IMG/VR virus record: IMGVR_UViG_3300037840_000333
Coordinates: 23,121-87,120 of that record
DNA from: a virus
DNA: 64,000 nt
Strand: one strand, 5' to 3'
How positions within the stretch are numbered: the stretch's first letter is position 1; each line of letters opens with the position of its first letter. Positions 7,977-17,926 of the stretch are shown piece after piece. Under the pieces are notes generated by a model. That model saw only the letters and a program-made list of their open reading frames with translations, was not told the origin of the DNA and searched no databases. The translations under genes and the position numbers were made by a program.

Positions 7977-10516
7977 GTCGGCGGGGTGACCTCGATGTAG
8001 TTGAAGGTGATGACGGCGAACTGTGTCGGGGCCGTCATGGTGTTGTAGATCGGGCTCTCGATGGGGTCGGTCTGCGGGTCGTGGGCGATGTAGGTGGTCA
8101 CGCCGCTCGGGTCCTGCAGCAGCAGCGTGCCGTCGTACTCGATGAGGTTCCGCAGCATGGCGAGCCCGCCCTGGCCGGTCAGGCTGCTCACGCGCATGCT
8201 GAGGATGCCGGCCCGGCCCTTCACGCCGTCGGTCATCTTCACCGGCCGGTTCCTCCCCAGCGGGTAGTTGACGGTCGCAACCTCCTTCGGCTTGAACTGC
8301 GGGTCGGCGTTGCCGTGGAAGCCCACGGCGCTGTCGAGCTGGCCCGGGATCTGCAGCCACCACATATCGTGGGCGTCCGTCATCACCGGGCCCGGGTAGC
8401 CCCAGGCCGACAGGTAGGTCAGCCCGTCGTCGGCCAGGGCGCTGATCTGCGCCCGGTAGTAGACCCAGTTTCCGGGGGGCGGCGAGCGGTCGATCAGCGT
8501 GTAGGGCACGGGCGGGTTGGGGATGGGCAGGGCGGTGAGCCCGCTCACGTCGGTCCAGTTGATCCCGTCGGTGGACTGTTGGACCTCCAAGCTGGCCTCC
8601 GCCACGTAGCCGCCCGGGGTCCACGTCGGGCTCGTGGTGGCCTGGAACACGCCCGCCTCGTCTAAGAACGCCTGCACGCCGCCGAAGCCGGCCGTGGTCG
8701 TGAACTCGTAGCCGATGGTGTAGCTGACCGCGTTGGCGGGCACCAGCACGTTGTTCTGGCGGAACACCGTCCAGCTCCCGACGACGCCGGTGTGCGATGC
8801 GGTCACGAAGCTGGTCGGGCTCCCGGCGGCGTTGTAGAAGATGATGCTCGTGGTGATGGCGGTCGGTCCTCCGGTCGGGACGTACCAACCCATCTGCATG
8901 CTGATCGGCAGCCCGACGCTCGGGCAGGGGTACTTGTTGGTGATGTCGCTCCCGGTCAGCCCGCTGCTGCTGGCCGAGATGGCCATCGAGCTCCCGCCCT
9001 CCAAGCTCTGCGCCGTGCCCAGCGCCACGGTGAGGTTGCTGAGGTTGCCGCCCACGCCCCACGTGCCGGTGCTGTTGTTCAGCCCGGCGTCGTCCTGGTC
9101 GAGCAAGTTGTTCACGTTCTGCAGGGAGAGCTGCACCTGGGGGGCGCCCGTGTCGAGGTCGTTGTTGGCGACCACGCTGAAACTCGGGGGCAGCGGCTCC
9201 GCCACGAGGATCGTGAAGGTGCCGGTGCAGGTGCCGAATAGGTCGTTGCTGTCCTCGACGATGATGGTGGCGGTGTAGGTGCCGTTCGCCAGCGGTCGGA
9301 TCGTCTTGTACGAGGTCGCCGAGGAATAGATCTGGCCGCTGATGTAGACGTTGCCCTCGCCGGGCAGGCTGAGGACAATGTCGTGCACGACGGGGGTGGC
9401 TCCGCTCGGGCTCACGAAGGACCACCGCAGGGTGGGCTCGGGTATGTCCAGCGTGCCGGTGGGCCCGAGGTAAGTCAGCGTCATGGCCGGGGCGGTGTGG
9501 AACAGGGCGTCGCTGGCGAACGGTCCCTGCAGCCCGGCGCTCGCCTCCTGGGTGGCGAAGCTGTAGTCCCAATCGCCGCTGTTCACCGGGCCGTGGGTTG
9601 CCCCGATGGTCGGGAGCACGAAGAACTCGCCGCCGGGGTTGACCGTGGGCCCGGTCCACGTCACCCACGTCAGGGTGGTGCTCCACGCGCTCCCGGTCCA
9701 GTAGTAGTAGCTCCCGCCGGTCGCCTTCAGCCGCAAGCTGTACGCACTCATCGGCTGGCCGTTCGTCGGGTTGTAAACGGCGCCGAAGGCGATCTGCTGG
9801 GTGGCGTCCCGATACTCGCCGGCGGCCGGGTCGTTGAGGGTCGGGGCGAGCGGGGTGGCGCTGACCTCGTTCAGGGCGAACGCCACGTTGGCCCAATAGA
9901 CCTGCTCGTAGTCGCCGACCGGGGTGTTGAAGTAGTAGGGGCCGGTGGTCGCCAGGGTGGCGCCGACGTAGAGGGAAATCTGCTGCAGGTAGTCGCTGGC
10001 GTCGCCGTAGCCGCCCGAGTCCGTCCCGATCATGGCCATGGCGGTCATCGTGCCGAAGATGTTGGCGAACATATAGCCGGTGAAGGCCGCGCCGGTGAGG
10101 GCGTTGCAGATCAGCTCGGCGGCCGAGGCGCCCATGTTGGCGCCCCTGGTGGCGACGTTTGCCAGCGCGGCCGATACCTGCACGATGTGGCCGCCAATGT
10201 CGCTCTGCAGGGCCGTGACGGAGATAGTCACGTCGAACAGGGTGTTGAACTTGAACGTGAACGTGGCGCCCACGTCGGCCGGGGCCGCCACCTTGGTCGC
10301 CACGAGCACGTTGGCCGGCGAGCCGTCGCCGCCGGTCGGCTGCCACAGCGTCCAGCCCGCCGGGACGGACGTGACGTTGCTCGGGCCGATGGTCTCGGCG
10401 CTGAAGATGGCGGCCACCAGCAGGTCGCCGGCGCTGTAGCCGAGCGGGGTGGCGGTGATCGTGTTGGACGAGGACACCGAGCCGTTGAAGACGTAGGTAA
10501 TGGCGGAAATGGTCAT
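7973..10516 (-). CDS. Minor tail protein (distal-tail-like, with FN3/CBM-like domains)
   Basis: Immediately after tape measure; beta-rich; C-terminal PLGRNRPV..TLLLQDPSG. Confidence 0.75.
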   Translation of the reverse strand: MTISAITYVFNGSVSSSNTITATPLGYSAGDLLVAAIFSAETIGPSNVTSVPAGWTLWQPTGGDGSPANVLVATKVAAPADVGATFTFKFNTLFDVTISVTALQSDIGGHIVQVSAALANVATRGANMGASAAELICNALTGAAFTGYMFANIFGTMTAMAMIGTDSGGYGDASDYLQQISLYVGATLATTGPYYFNTPVGDYEQVYWANVAFALNEVSATPLAPTLNDPAAGEYRDATQQIAFGAVYNPTNGQPMSAYSLRLKATGGSYYYWTGSAWSTTLTWVTWTGPTVNPGGEFFVLPTIGATHGPVNSGDWDYSFATQEASAGLQGPFASDALFHTAPAMTLTYLGPTGTLDIPEPTLRWSFVSPSGATPVVHDIVLSLPGEGNVYISGQIYSSATSYKTIRPLANGTYTATIIVEDSNDLFGTCTGTFTILVAEPLPPSFSVVANNDLDTGAPQVQLSLQNVNNLLDQDDAGLNNSTGTWGVGGNLSNLTVALGTAQSLEGGSSMAISASSSGLTGSDITNKYPCPSVGLPISMQMGWYVPTGGPTAITTSIIFYNAAGSPTSFVTASHTGVVGSWTVFRQNNVLVPANAVSYTIGYEFTTTAGFGGVQAFLDEAGVFQATTSPTWTPGGYVAEASLEVQQSTDGINWTDVSGLTALPIPNPPVPYTLIDRSPPPGNWVYYRAQISALADDGLTYLSAWGYPGPVMTDAHDMWWLQIPGQLDSAVGFHGNADPQFKPKEVATVNYPLGRNRPVKMTDGVKGRAGILSMRVSSLTGQGGLAMLRNLIEYDGTLLLQDPSGVTTYIAHDPQTDPIESPIYNTMTAPTQFAVITFNYIEVTPPT

Positions 10517-13500
10517 GGCAGCGGCACCATCCTGTTCGGGTTGGCCCCTCGCAACAGCGCGCTCGACAGCTCCGTGATGCCGCTCCGCACCGCGGCCGTG
10601 CTGGCGTCGGCGACGGCCGGGGAGACCGCTCCGTGGTTATGCACCTGGAAGGCGCCCTGCTGTACGTAGATGGTCGTCGCTCCGCCGGCCGCCTGGGTGG
10701 GCGCTCCCGGTGCGGCGAGGGCGGTCGGCAGGGGCGCCTGGGGCTGTAGGGCCGGGGCCGTCACCTGCACGGCGCGCAGGTCGGCGGCGACGCCGGTGAG
10801 GGCGCTCACGGGGAGCTGGGCGCTGGCCTGGATGCCGTTCGCCAGTCCCTCCATCATGTTCTTGCCGATCTCGTGGAAGATGGTGCTCGGGCTATGGGTG
10901 CCGGCCGCGGCCTTGGCGCTCGTGACCGCGCTGTTCACGATGTTGGTCAGCGTCGTGCTCACCTGGCTCCCCTTGCTGTTGATCCCGTTGATGAGCCCCT
11001 GCACCATCGCCTCGCCGGTGTTGTAGAGGTAGCTGCCCGGGTCGTTCCCGAACACGCTCGTGATGGTCTGGCCCATGGCCTGCCAGTCCGAGTCCCAATC
11101 CGTTTTGAGCTGGCCGATGGCGGTGTCGAGCGGGGTCAGCCCCTGGTCCTTGATGTTCTGGAAGGTCCCGCTCATCGTGGTCCACACCGAGGACGTGGCC
11201 GTGGTGATGTCCTGCCAGTCGTTCCCCCAATCCGTCTTCAGGGTGTCGGTGCTCGTCCGTAACTGGTCCTCGGCGGTGCGGAGCTGGTTGAAGATCGGGG
11301 TCACCGTGCTGTTGAAGGTCTGGACGACGGTCTGCATCTGCAGCCACTCGGTCTGCCAGAAGGAGACAAACGCCTGCAGGTTCGTGCGGAGCATGTCGAG
11401 CCCGAGCGTCTTCGTCTGGTTGAACACGATAAGGAAGTTGGCGCCCGTCGCCAGCAGCACCTTGTTCATGTTGCTCAGGTTCGTTACCACGTCGCCGGTG
11501 TCCTTGACGCTGACGCTCAGCTCGTCGTTCAGCTTGGCGAGGACGGTCTGTGTGGCCGTGCTCTGGATGCCGAATGTCTTCATCCCGGCGCTGGCGCTGG
11601 TGGCGCTGGTCTGGAAATCGCTGAGCCCCTTGTCGCCCAGCTTCAGGCTGGCGTCGAGCAGGACCATCGGGGCATTGCCGAGGGTGAGGGCGTGGAATAG
11701 CTGGGTCATCCCGGTGGCCGCCGTGGTGCTCTCGTGCGATACCGCCAACAGGTCGTCGCCGAGCTGCCGGCCCTTCATGGCCGCCGTGGTCAAGCTGGTG
11801 GCGATCTGCTTCACGTCGGTGTCGAAGCGGGCGACGCTCGTGAGGGTGGTGTCGATCTGATGGCCGAACGCCGCCCAATCGGCCACGGTCGCCCGAACCT
11901 TGGCGCTCCCGGCCTGGACCTCGGTCGCCACCTTTTGGAACGCCGGGGCAATCCGGTTGGCCGCCTGCTCGTCGTCGGTCAGCGCCTTCACGAGCTGGGT
12001 GCCGAGGGCGTTCTCCGCCGCGGTCACCGCACTCCGCATGCTCGCCAGCGCCGTCTCGATGGTCTTCAGGATGCTGGTCAGCTTGCTCCCGGCGGTGTCG
12101 GCCTTGTCGAACGCCTGCACGATCTTCTCCGCCTCGGTGGCGCCCTTGGTGAAGCCGGTGGACGCCTCGGCGATGGCGGTGCCGAGCTGGCGGGCCACCG
12201 GGTCCACGAGCTTCAGCGTCGCCGTGAACGCCTTCAGGGCCGCGTCGTCCCGGGTGATCCCGGCCACCAGCCCGCCGCTCGACGCCAGGCTGTCGAAGCC
12301 GGCCCTGATGGCCGCTATGGCCGCCGTGATCGGTCCGGGCTGCAGGCTGGTCGCCAAGGTGGCTAGGGACTTCAGATCGGTCTGTAGGCCCGGGGGCAGG
12401 CGGACGTTGCCGGCCTTGGCGAGGGCCTGGGCGATTTGCTCGATGGCCTGCACGACTGGCACCACGCCTTGCTGCGCCGTCCTCCCGGCGCTCGCCAGCT
12501 CGATCAGCCCGGTCACGATGGCGTGCAGGGCGTTGCCGACCTTGGTCCCGGCCGCCTCGATCTTTTGCAGCTCGGGCACCAGTTGCTCCGCCAGCTTCAG
12601 CGCCTTCATCTCCTCCTGGGCGAGCTGGGCGTTCTCCTTGATCCCGTTCGCCAGCCCCTTCATGCTGTCGGCGCCGATCTGATGGAACACGGTGCTCGGG
12701 CTGAACACGCCGAGAATGTCCTTCGCCACGCCGACGATCCCGTGGGCGATCTTCTCGACCGCCTTGGCCGGCTCCGCCGCCATCGACTCGACGCCCTTTA
12801 CCAGCCCGTTGATGATGTCCTTCCCGACGTTCAGGAGCCACTGGCCTGCTCCCGCTAGGGCGCCGAGGATCTTCTCGGGCAGGCCGACGAACAGGAACTC
12901 GACCACGCCGATCCCGGTGCGGACGGCGTTCTCTAGCTCCTGCACGCCGTCCATAAAGATGTGGAACGCGCCGACGGCCACGCTCATCGCCGACTGGACC
13001 ATCGCCACGAATGCGCCGAATATCGCCTCCGCCGCCTGTATGTCGGCCGAGATGACGCCCTTGGCTATGTCGAGCACGCTGGTGATGGCGTGCCAGGTGG
13101 CTTGCCAGTGGGTGGCGACGAACACGATCCCGGCGAGCCACGGGGCGAAAATGGCGACGATATCGAGGTGGCCCTTGATCCAGTTCACGGCGTCGCTGAC
13201 GACGGTCTCCATGATCTGCCAGGTCTCTTTCCAGTGCAGGGCGAGGTAGACGAGGGGCGCAATCGGGCCGAGCAGCAGGATGGCGAACTGGCCGAACCCG
13301 TGGGTGAGGAAGCCAACGACGTCGTCGAATATGCGCTTGATTTCGCCCCACACGGTGCTCCAGTGGGCGACCAGCTCGTAGATGGCGATGCCGAGGGCCG
13401 CTACCGCCACGACGACGATGCCGATGGTGGCGGCGATGGGCAAGGTGGCGGCGTCGGCCACCGCGGCGCTGGCCGCCTCGGCGTCGAAGCTGGCCGCCAA

Positions 13501-15561
13501 CCCGTCGGCCCCGATGGCCGCGGCGGCGTCGCTGGCCGCCATGTCGCCGGCGAGCGCGGCTAGTTCGGCGCTGCTCCCGCTGGCCTCGGCCTCGGCGATG
13601 GCCATCTCTCGGGCTCCGTCGATCACGGCCTGTTGGGCTGCCGCCGTCGCCTCTAGGGCGGCGCTCAGCGCCTCCTGGGGCGCGACGGCCTCCGTCGTGG
13701 CCGCGCTGGTGGCCTCCGTCCCGCCCAGCAGCTTGCTCAGCGAGGCGATGGCCCTGCCGGTGGCGTCCACCATCTTCTGGCCGGTGTTGACGACGTAGAC
13801 GGCGATGGCCGCGGCGAGCACGGTGCCGATGGCGGCCGCCACCACGTACAGCACCGGCTTGTGATCCTCGAGGAATGCGAAAAACTTGCCGAAATCGCCC
13901 AGGGCGTCCCGCACGATGGGCAGCAGCTCGGTGCCGAAGCTCGTCGTCATGTTGGTCACCTGGACCTTGATGGCGTCGAACTCGTGGCCGAGGGTCTGCT
14001 GCTGCACCACCAGCGCGTGGTGGGCCGCGGCGGCGCTCTCGACCGCTTTCTGCGCCTTGTCGTAGGCGGCCGGGCCGGCGAGGATCGTGTTCAGCAGGGC
14101 CTTGTTGGCGGTGGTCCCGATCAGCGTCGAGAGGGTGGCGAGCTGCTGGGCCTGGCTCATCCCTTGCAGCTTCGGTTGGAGCTGGGCGATCACGCTCCCG
14201 AGCCCCACGAACTTGCCCTGGGCGTCCACGACGTGGATGCCGGTGTCGCTCATGGTTTGGTTGGCCTTGGTCATGGCCGCGTCCGCCGTGGTGAACGCCT
14301 TCCAACTGTCGGCCTGGCTCTGCGTCAGTCCCTTCGTGGCCGCCGTCACCTGGGTGGCTGTCAGGTTGCCGGCCTGGTACTGGGTCGCCAGTTTCTGCAG
14401 GCTCGGGGGCAGCGCGTCGATGGCCGTCTTCATGTCGAGCTGGGCCTGAGCGACGGCCGTGCTCGGCTTCAGCAGCGTGGTCATGGCCGTGTTGAGGGTC
14501 ATCAGCCCTCGGCTCCCGGTGACGCCGTGCTCGCCGGCGTCCACCATGAGCGTGCTGAGGTCCTGGATGCTCGGGGCGGTCACGCCGAGTCGGGCCTTCA
14601 GCCGGTCCACCGTTTGGGTCAGGCTGTCGAGCCCGACGTTCGTGATCCGACTGGCGTTGAACAGGGCGATGCTCGTGGTGCCGGCATCCTTCAGCGGGAC
14701 CGAGAAGGTCTGCATCACCTGGCTCAGGTCCTTCGTGGTGCTGCTGAGGCTGTTGCCGCTCTCCTCGGCCAGGTCCATGCTCGTCTTCATAAAGGCGACC
14801 GACTGCGTGGTGGTCAGCGCCTTGCCGTTCATCGCCCCGAGCTGGCCGGCCACGCCGCCGAACGCCGACACCATCTCCTGGGCGCTGTAGATCGTGTCGC
14901 TCCCGCTGTGGAGGAACGCCTGGCCGATGTCGTTCGCCGTCTTGATCGGGATGTTCCCCTGGGCCGCCATCTTGGTCACGGCCGTCTGGAAATCGACCCC
15001 CATCTTCAGGGCCGCCGCGCTGAAGGCCACGAACCCGGCCACGCCGGCGATCAGGCTCACCTTGCCGAGGGTGTTGAAGAATCCTCCGCTCTCGGCCGCC
15101 TTCCCTCCCACGTTGTCGAGGGCATTGCCGGCGCCGCCGGCCGCCTTGGAGAAGTCACCGAACCCGACGCCGGTGAGGGCGGTCGCCAGCCCGCTGAGCC
15201 CTTGCTTGATCTTCCCGGTGAAGCTGGCCCCGGCCGTCTCGCCGGCGCCCTCCATGTCCTTCTCGACGCCCTGTAGGCCCGGCTGCATCTCATCGCGGAC
15301 GCCCTTGCCGGCCTCGTCGCCGGCGCCCTTCGTCCCGCTGACGAACTGCTCGTGGCCTCGCTGGCCGCTGGCCCCGAGGTCCGCGGCGAGCCCGTCCAGC
15401 TCGGGGGCGGCTCCGTCCCGCAGGGCCACGCCGGCGTCGGCGCCGGCTAGCTCGGCGTCGGCCGCCAGCCCGTCGAGCCCTGGCTTCGTGCCGTCCTTCA
15501 GGCTGGTCTCAAAGCCACTCTCGTCCGCGAGGATGCGTACCTCGGCCTCACCGACGATCAT
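10513..15561 (-). CDS. Tape measure protein
   Basis: 1682 aa Ala/Gly helical; MIVGEAEVRI start; TP901-type core (GVTGSRG..LNTAM); Trp-spaced repeats; SPST.F..IG motifs. Confidence 0.95.
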   Translation of the reverse strand: MIVGEAEVRILADESGFETSLKDGTKPGLDGLAADAELAGADAGVALRDGAAPELDGLAADLGASGQRGHEQFVSGTKGAGDEAGKGVRDEMQPGLQGVEKDMEGAGETAGASFTGKIKQGLSGLATALTGVGFGDFSKAAGGAGNALDNVGGKAAESGGFFNTLGKVSLIAGVAGFVAFSAAALKMGVDFQTAVTKMAAQGNIPIKTANDIGQAFLHSGSDTIYSAQEMVSAFGGVAGQLGAMNGKALTTTQSVAFMKTSMDLAEESGNSLSSTTKDLSQVMQTFSVPLKDAGTTSIALFNASRITNVGLDSLTQTVDRLKARLGVTAPSIQDLSTLMVDAGEHGVTGSRGLMTLNTAMTTLLKPSTAVAQAQLDMKTAIDALPPSLQKLATQYQAGNLTATQVTAATKGLTQSQADSWKAFTTADAAMTKANQTMSDTGIHVVDAQGKFVGLGSVIAQLQPKLQGMSQAQQLATLSTLIGTTANKALLNTILAGPAAYDKAQKAVESAAAAHHALVVQQQTLGHEFDAIKVQVTNMTTSFGTELLPIVRDALGDFGKFFAFLEDHKPVLYVVAAAIGTVLAAAIAVYVVNTGQKMVDATGRAIASLSKLLGGTEATSAATTEAVAPQEALSAALEATAAAQQAVIDGAREMAIAEAEASGSSAELAALAGDMAASDAAAAIGADGLAASFDAEAASAAVADAATLPIAATIGIVVVAVAALGIAIYELVAHWSTVWGEIKRIFDDVVGFLTHGFGQFAILLLGPIAPLVYLALHWKETWQIMETVVSDAVNWIKGHLDIVAIFAPWLAGIVFVATHWQATWHAITSVLDIAKGVISADIQAAEAIFGAFVAMVQSAMSVAVGAFHIFMDGVQELENAVRTGIGVVEFLFVGLPEKILGALAGAGQWLLNVGKDIINGLVKGVESMAAEPAKAVEKIAHGIVGVAKDILGVFSPSTVFHQIGADSMKGLANGIKENAQLAQEEMKALKLAEQLVPELQKIEAAGTKVGNALHAIVTGLIELASAGRTAQQGVVPVVQAIEQIAQALAKAGNVRLPPGLQTDLKSLATLATSLQPGPITAAIAAIRAGFDSLASSGGLVAGITRDDAALKAFTATLKLVDPVARQLGTAIAEASTGFTKGATEAEKIVQAFDKADTAGSKLTSILKTIETALASMRSAVTAAENALGTQLVKALTDDEQAANRIAPAFQKVATEVQAGSAKVRATVADWAAFGHQIDTTLTSVARFDTDVKQIATSLTTAAMKGRQLGDDLLAVSHESTTAATGMTQLFHALTLGNAPMVLLDASLKLGDKGLSDFQTSATSASAGMKTFGIQSTATQTVLAKLNDELSVSVKDTGDVVTNLSNMNKVLLATGANFLIVFNQTKTLGLDMLRTNLQAFVSFWQTEWLQMQTVVQTFNSTVTPIFNQLRTAEDQLRTSTDTLKTDWGNDWQDITTATSSVWTTMSGTFQNIKDQGLTPLDTAIGQLKTDWDSDWQAMGQTITSVFGNDPGSYLYNTGEAMVQGLINGINSKGSQVSTTLTNIVNSAVTSAKAAAGTHSPSTIFHEIGKNMMEGLANGIQASAQLPVSALTGVAADLRAVQVTAPALQPQAPLPTALAAPGAPTQAAGGATTIYVQQGAFQVHNHGAVSPAVADASTAAVRSGITELSSALLRGANPNRMVPLP

Positions 15562-15565
15562 CGGT

Positions 15566-15904
15566 CTACCTGTTCACCGGCTGGGCGAGGAACGGGTCGT
15601 CCTCCTCGCCCATGCCCTGGGCGCTGGCGGCTGCGACGTTCTTCTCCGCCCACAGCTCCCGGTCGTAGGCCTCGGCCTCCTCCTCGCCGAGGGGACGGAA
15701 CAGGTGCTCATCGAGGTGCTGGCGGGCCTCGTAGCGGCTGGCTCCCATCGGGGTCGCGTCGTCCAGCATCAGCGAATAGATCAGGTCGAGACTGTCTGCG
15801 GTGTCCGCCGTCGTGAGGGTGTGGCCCGCCCGGAGGATTCTGCCGTTGACGTCGGCGAAGAACGCCGCGGCCCACCACGCCTCTCGGACCGCGGCGCAGA
15901 AGGG
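15566..15904 (-). CDS. Tail assembly chaperone, -1 frame extension
   Basis: Open -1 frame overlapping the chaperone end, without a good start, ending just before tape measure. Confidence 0.55.
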   Translation of the reverse strand, partial: PFCAAVREAWWAAAFFADVNGRILRAGHTLTTADTADSLDLIYSLMLDDATPMGASRYEARQHLDEHLFRPLGEEEAEAYDRELWAEKNVAAASAQGMGEEDDPFLAQPVNR

Positions 15905-16329
15905 CGGAGCCCGTACCGCTCGCTCAGGGCCTCGGCAATGGTCCCGAGCAGCGCCGCCTGGAACTCGACCTCGGGGTCGCGGATCGTCTTGAACCACTCC
16001 TCCCGGTCGTCGGCCACCAGCGCGTCGCCGATGAACTGCACGGCCGCCGTCATCGGGATCACGCCCTTCGCGTCCGCCTGCTGCAGGACGTTGAACGTCG
16101 GGCCGAAGCTCTGCGTGGGGCGGACGTGGAAGGTGTACTCCCGTTTGGCGTGTCCCTCCCGGTCGAACTCCTCGGCGTCCTGGTCGTCCAGCCGGAAGCC
16201 GTCGGTGTCGAGCTTGCTGCGCTTGACCTCGTAGCCGACGAGGGTGAACGGGATCGGTTCCAGATCGAGGTCGGCTAGCTCCTCGTCGGTCTCTACCTCG
16301 CCGAACGTGCCGAGTGATTCAGGGCTCAT
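15781..16329 (-). CDS. Tail assembly chaperone
   Basis: Position before TMP; ERYGLRPS followed by low-complexity tail; SD AGGAGG. Confidence 0.75.
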   Translation of the reverse strand: MSPESLGTFGEVETDEELADLDLEPIPFTLVGYEVKRSKLDTDGFRLDDQDAEEFDREGHAKREYTFHVRPTQSFGPTFNVLQQADAKGVIPMTAAVQFIGDALVADDREEWFKTIRDPEVEFQAALLGTIAEALSERYGLRPSAPRSERRGGPRRSSPTSTAESSGRATPSRRRTPQTVST

Positions 16330-16406
16330 GGTGCCTCCTGTAGTGGTGGTGGAGGCATCGAACCACGGCGAGGACCGCGAATCATGGTTGACGCTAGTGT
16401 GACGCC

Positions 16407-16955
16407 GTGGCCTGGCCTCCTACGTGTCACGTACCTGGGTGCGGGCGCCCGGTCCACGCCCGGGGCCTGTGCGGGCGCTGCACCATGCGCCTCCGCCGTA
16501 ACGGGACGACGGATGATCCTCCGGCCCCTGAGGAGCGTTTCTGGCGCCTCGTGGACCCCGATGGGCCGGTGGCCGCCCACCGACCCGACCTCGGCCCCTG
16601 CTGGCGCTGGGGCGGTCCTGTGGGACACGCCGGCTATGGGGAGATGTGGTGGCGCGGTCGGAAGGTCCACGCCCACCGGATTGCCTGGGAGCTGGCCTGG
16701 GGCGCTCCTCCGCCGGCTGGGATGCCCCTGGCTCACTTCGCCTGCGACCTGCGCTCGTGCCCCAACCCGGCCCACGTGCGGCCGGCTGGGGCAGTCGAGG
16801 ACGTGCTAGGGCGCCGCGGGGTGGCCGCCTGGAACGGTCGCCACTCCCACTGCCTCCGGGGTCATCCGCTCACGGCGCGCAACTCGATCTTCGTCCCTGG
16901 GGGCATCGCCTGCCGGGAGTGCCGGGCCGAGGTCGCTCGGGCTCGCCGCCGCTGA
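16407..16955 (+). CDS. HNH (HNH_3/His-Cys type) homing endonuclease, possibly degenerate
   Basis: CxxxxC..ARGLC, ERFW.LVD, CWRW, GYG, AHRIAWEL, H..C...C.NP.H, HCLRGH..CREC; leaderless -10 TAGTGT 6 nt before GTG. Confidence 0.85.
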   Translation: MAWPPTCHVPGCGRPVHARGLCGRCTMRLRRNGTTDDPPAPEERFWRLVDPDGPVAAHRPDLGPCWRWGGPVGHAGYGEMWWRGRKVHAHRIAWELAWGAPPPAGMPLAHFACDLRSCPNPAHVRPAGAVEDVLGRRGVAAWNGRHSHCLRGHPLTARNSIFVPGGIACRECRAEVARARRR

Positions 16956-16961
16956 ACGCGA

Positions 16962-16997
16962 CCGAGGACCCCAGGCGGCGGATCCCGGGGCCCTCGG
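16962..16997. terminator. GC-rich hairpin between convergent genes
   Basis: CCGAGGACCCC...GGGGCCCTCGG imperfect inverted repeat, no U tract. Confidence 0.35.
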
Positions 16998-17027
16998 CGG
17001 AGGTTGCCTTCGCAGGCGCTTGTTACC

Positions 17028-17165
17028 CTACCCAGCCGCCCGGCGGTGAATCTGCCAGATCACGCCGAGGGCTCCGCCTACGACGAGCGGTGCCCACCAG
17101 GTGTGGGTGATGACCCCGACGGTAGCGCCGGCGACGGCCGCGGTGACCAGCAGGAGGGCGCGCAT
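17028..17165 (-). CDS. 45-aa 2-TM protein
   Basis: MRALLLVTAAVAGATVGVITHTWWAPLVVGGALGVIWQIHRRAAG; TGATG coupling; below the ORF-track cutoff. Confidence 0.6.
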   Translation of the reverse strand: MRALLLVTAAVAGATVGVITHTWWAPLVVGGALGVIWQIHRRAAG

Positions 17166-17878
17166 CAGAACGGTGGTCCTGCGTAGTCGTCCCGGTCCAT
17201 CGCTATCGGGATGCCGAGGAAGTCAGCCCAGGTTACGGTGACGCCGCTGATATACAGCGGCACCAGCCAGCAGCCGGCTCCCGCGTCGCAGAACTTGTCC
17301 CACTGCGCTCCCGGTGTGTTCAGGGCGTAGCAAAGCCACTGGCCCGGTCCGCACAGCGCGGCGATATAGGTCGGGTGGGTGACGACCGCTCCGATCCAGG
17401 CGTTGAACACCGCTGCACCGACGGCGATGGCGGGCTCGCAAGCTAGGGCGAACCAGCCGGTCATGGCGCACATCGTCACCAGCTCGGCGGCTGCTCCCGC
17501 AAAGAACGCGGTGTAGAGCAGGCCCCGAAGGTCCTGGCGGGTCAGTGTCAGCACGCTCAGCGGGAACCCGAAGTTGAACGTGGCATGCGGGATGCTCGCT
17601 CCGCTCGGGCAACCCTGTCCGGGGTGGGCCTGCATCCACATGGCGGCGAAGGTGTACTCCGCCACCGGCACGCTCATCCCGGACACCAGCGAGATGCCGT
17701 TCGTGTCCGGCATGGCGCCTGGGCAGAGCCCGGTCATGTAGCTGGCGCTGCTGTCCACCACGTACATATTCGGCTGGGGTGTCGCCGCTCCTGCCTGCCT
17801 GGGCACCGCCAGCGTCAGCGTGCCCAATGCCGTGAGCGCGATCAGCGCCACGGTTGCCCCTCGTCGGATCCGTCTCAT
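17165..17878 (-). CDS. Exported Cys-rich hydrophobic protein
   Basis: Signal peptide MRRIRRG..AGA; SD AAAGGGGG; hydrophobic central hairpin; 8 Cys. Confidence 0.7.
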   Translation of the reverse strand: MRRIRRGATVALIALTALGTLTLAVPRQAGAATPQPNMYVVDSSASYMTGLCPGAMPDTNGISLVSGMSVPVAEYTFAAMWMQAHPGQGCPSGASIPHATFNFGFPLSVLTLTRQDLRGLLYTAFFAGAAAELVTMCAMTGWFALACEPAIAVGAAVFNAWIGAVVTHPTYIAALCGPGQWLCYALNTPGAQWDKFCDAGAGCWLVPLYISGVTVTWADFLGIPIAMDRDDYAGPPF

Positions 17879-17926
17879 GGGCGGACCCCCTTTCCTCAGC
17901 CGGCGCCCGATCTGAGCGCCGGACAC

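Noticed and set aside
6609-10346. 1245-aa ORF in the track
   Set aside because: The upstream part is an Arg/His-rich off-frame shadow of 7973-10516; the real gene starts at 7976
10892-14305. 1137-aa alternative-frame ORF and the many long plus-strand ORFs
   Set aside because: These are high-GC shadow frames of the tape measure and other clear genes and lack protein-like composition
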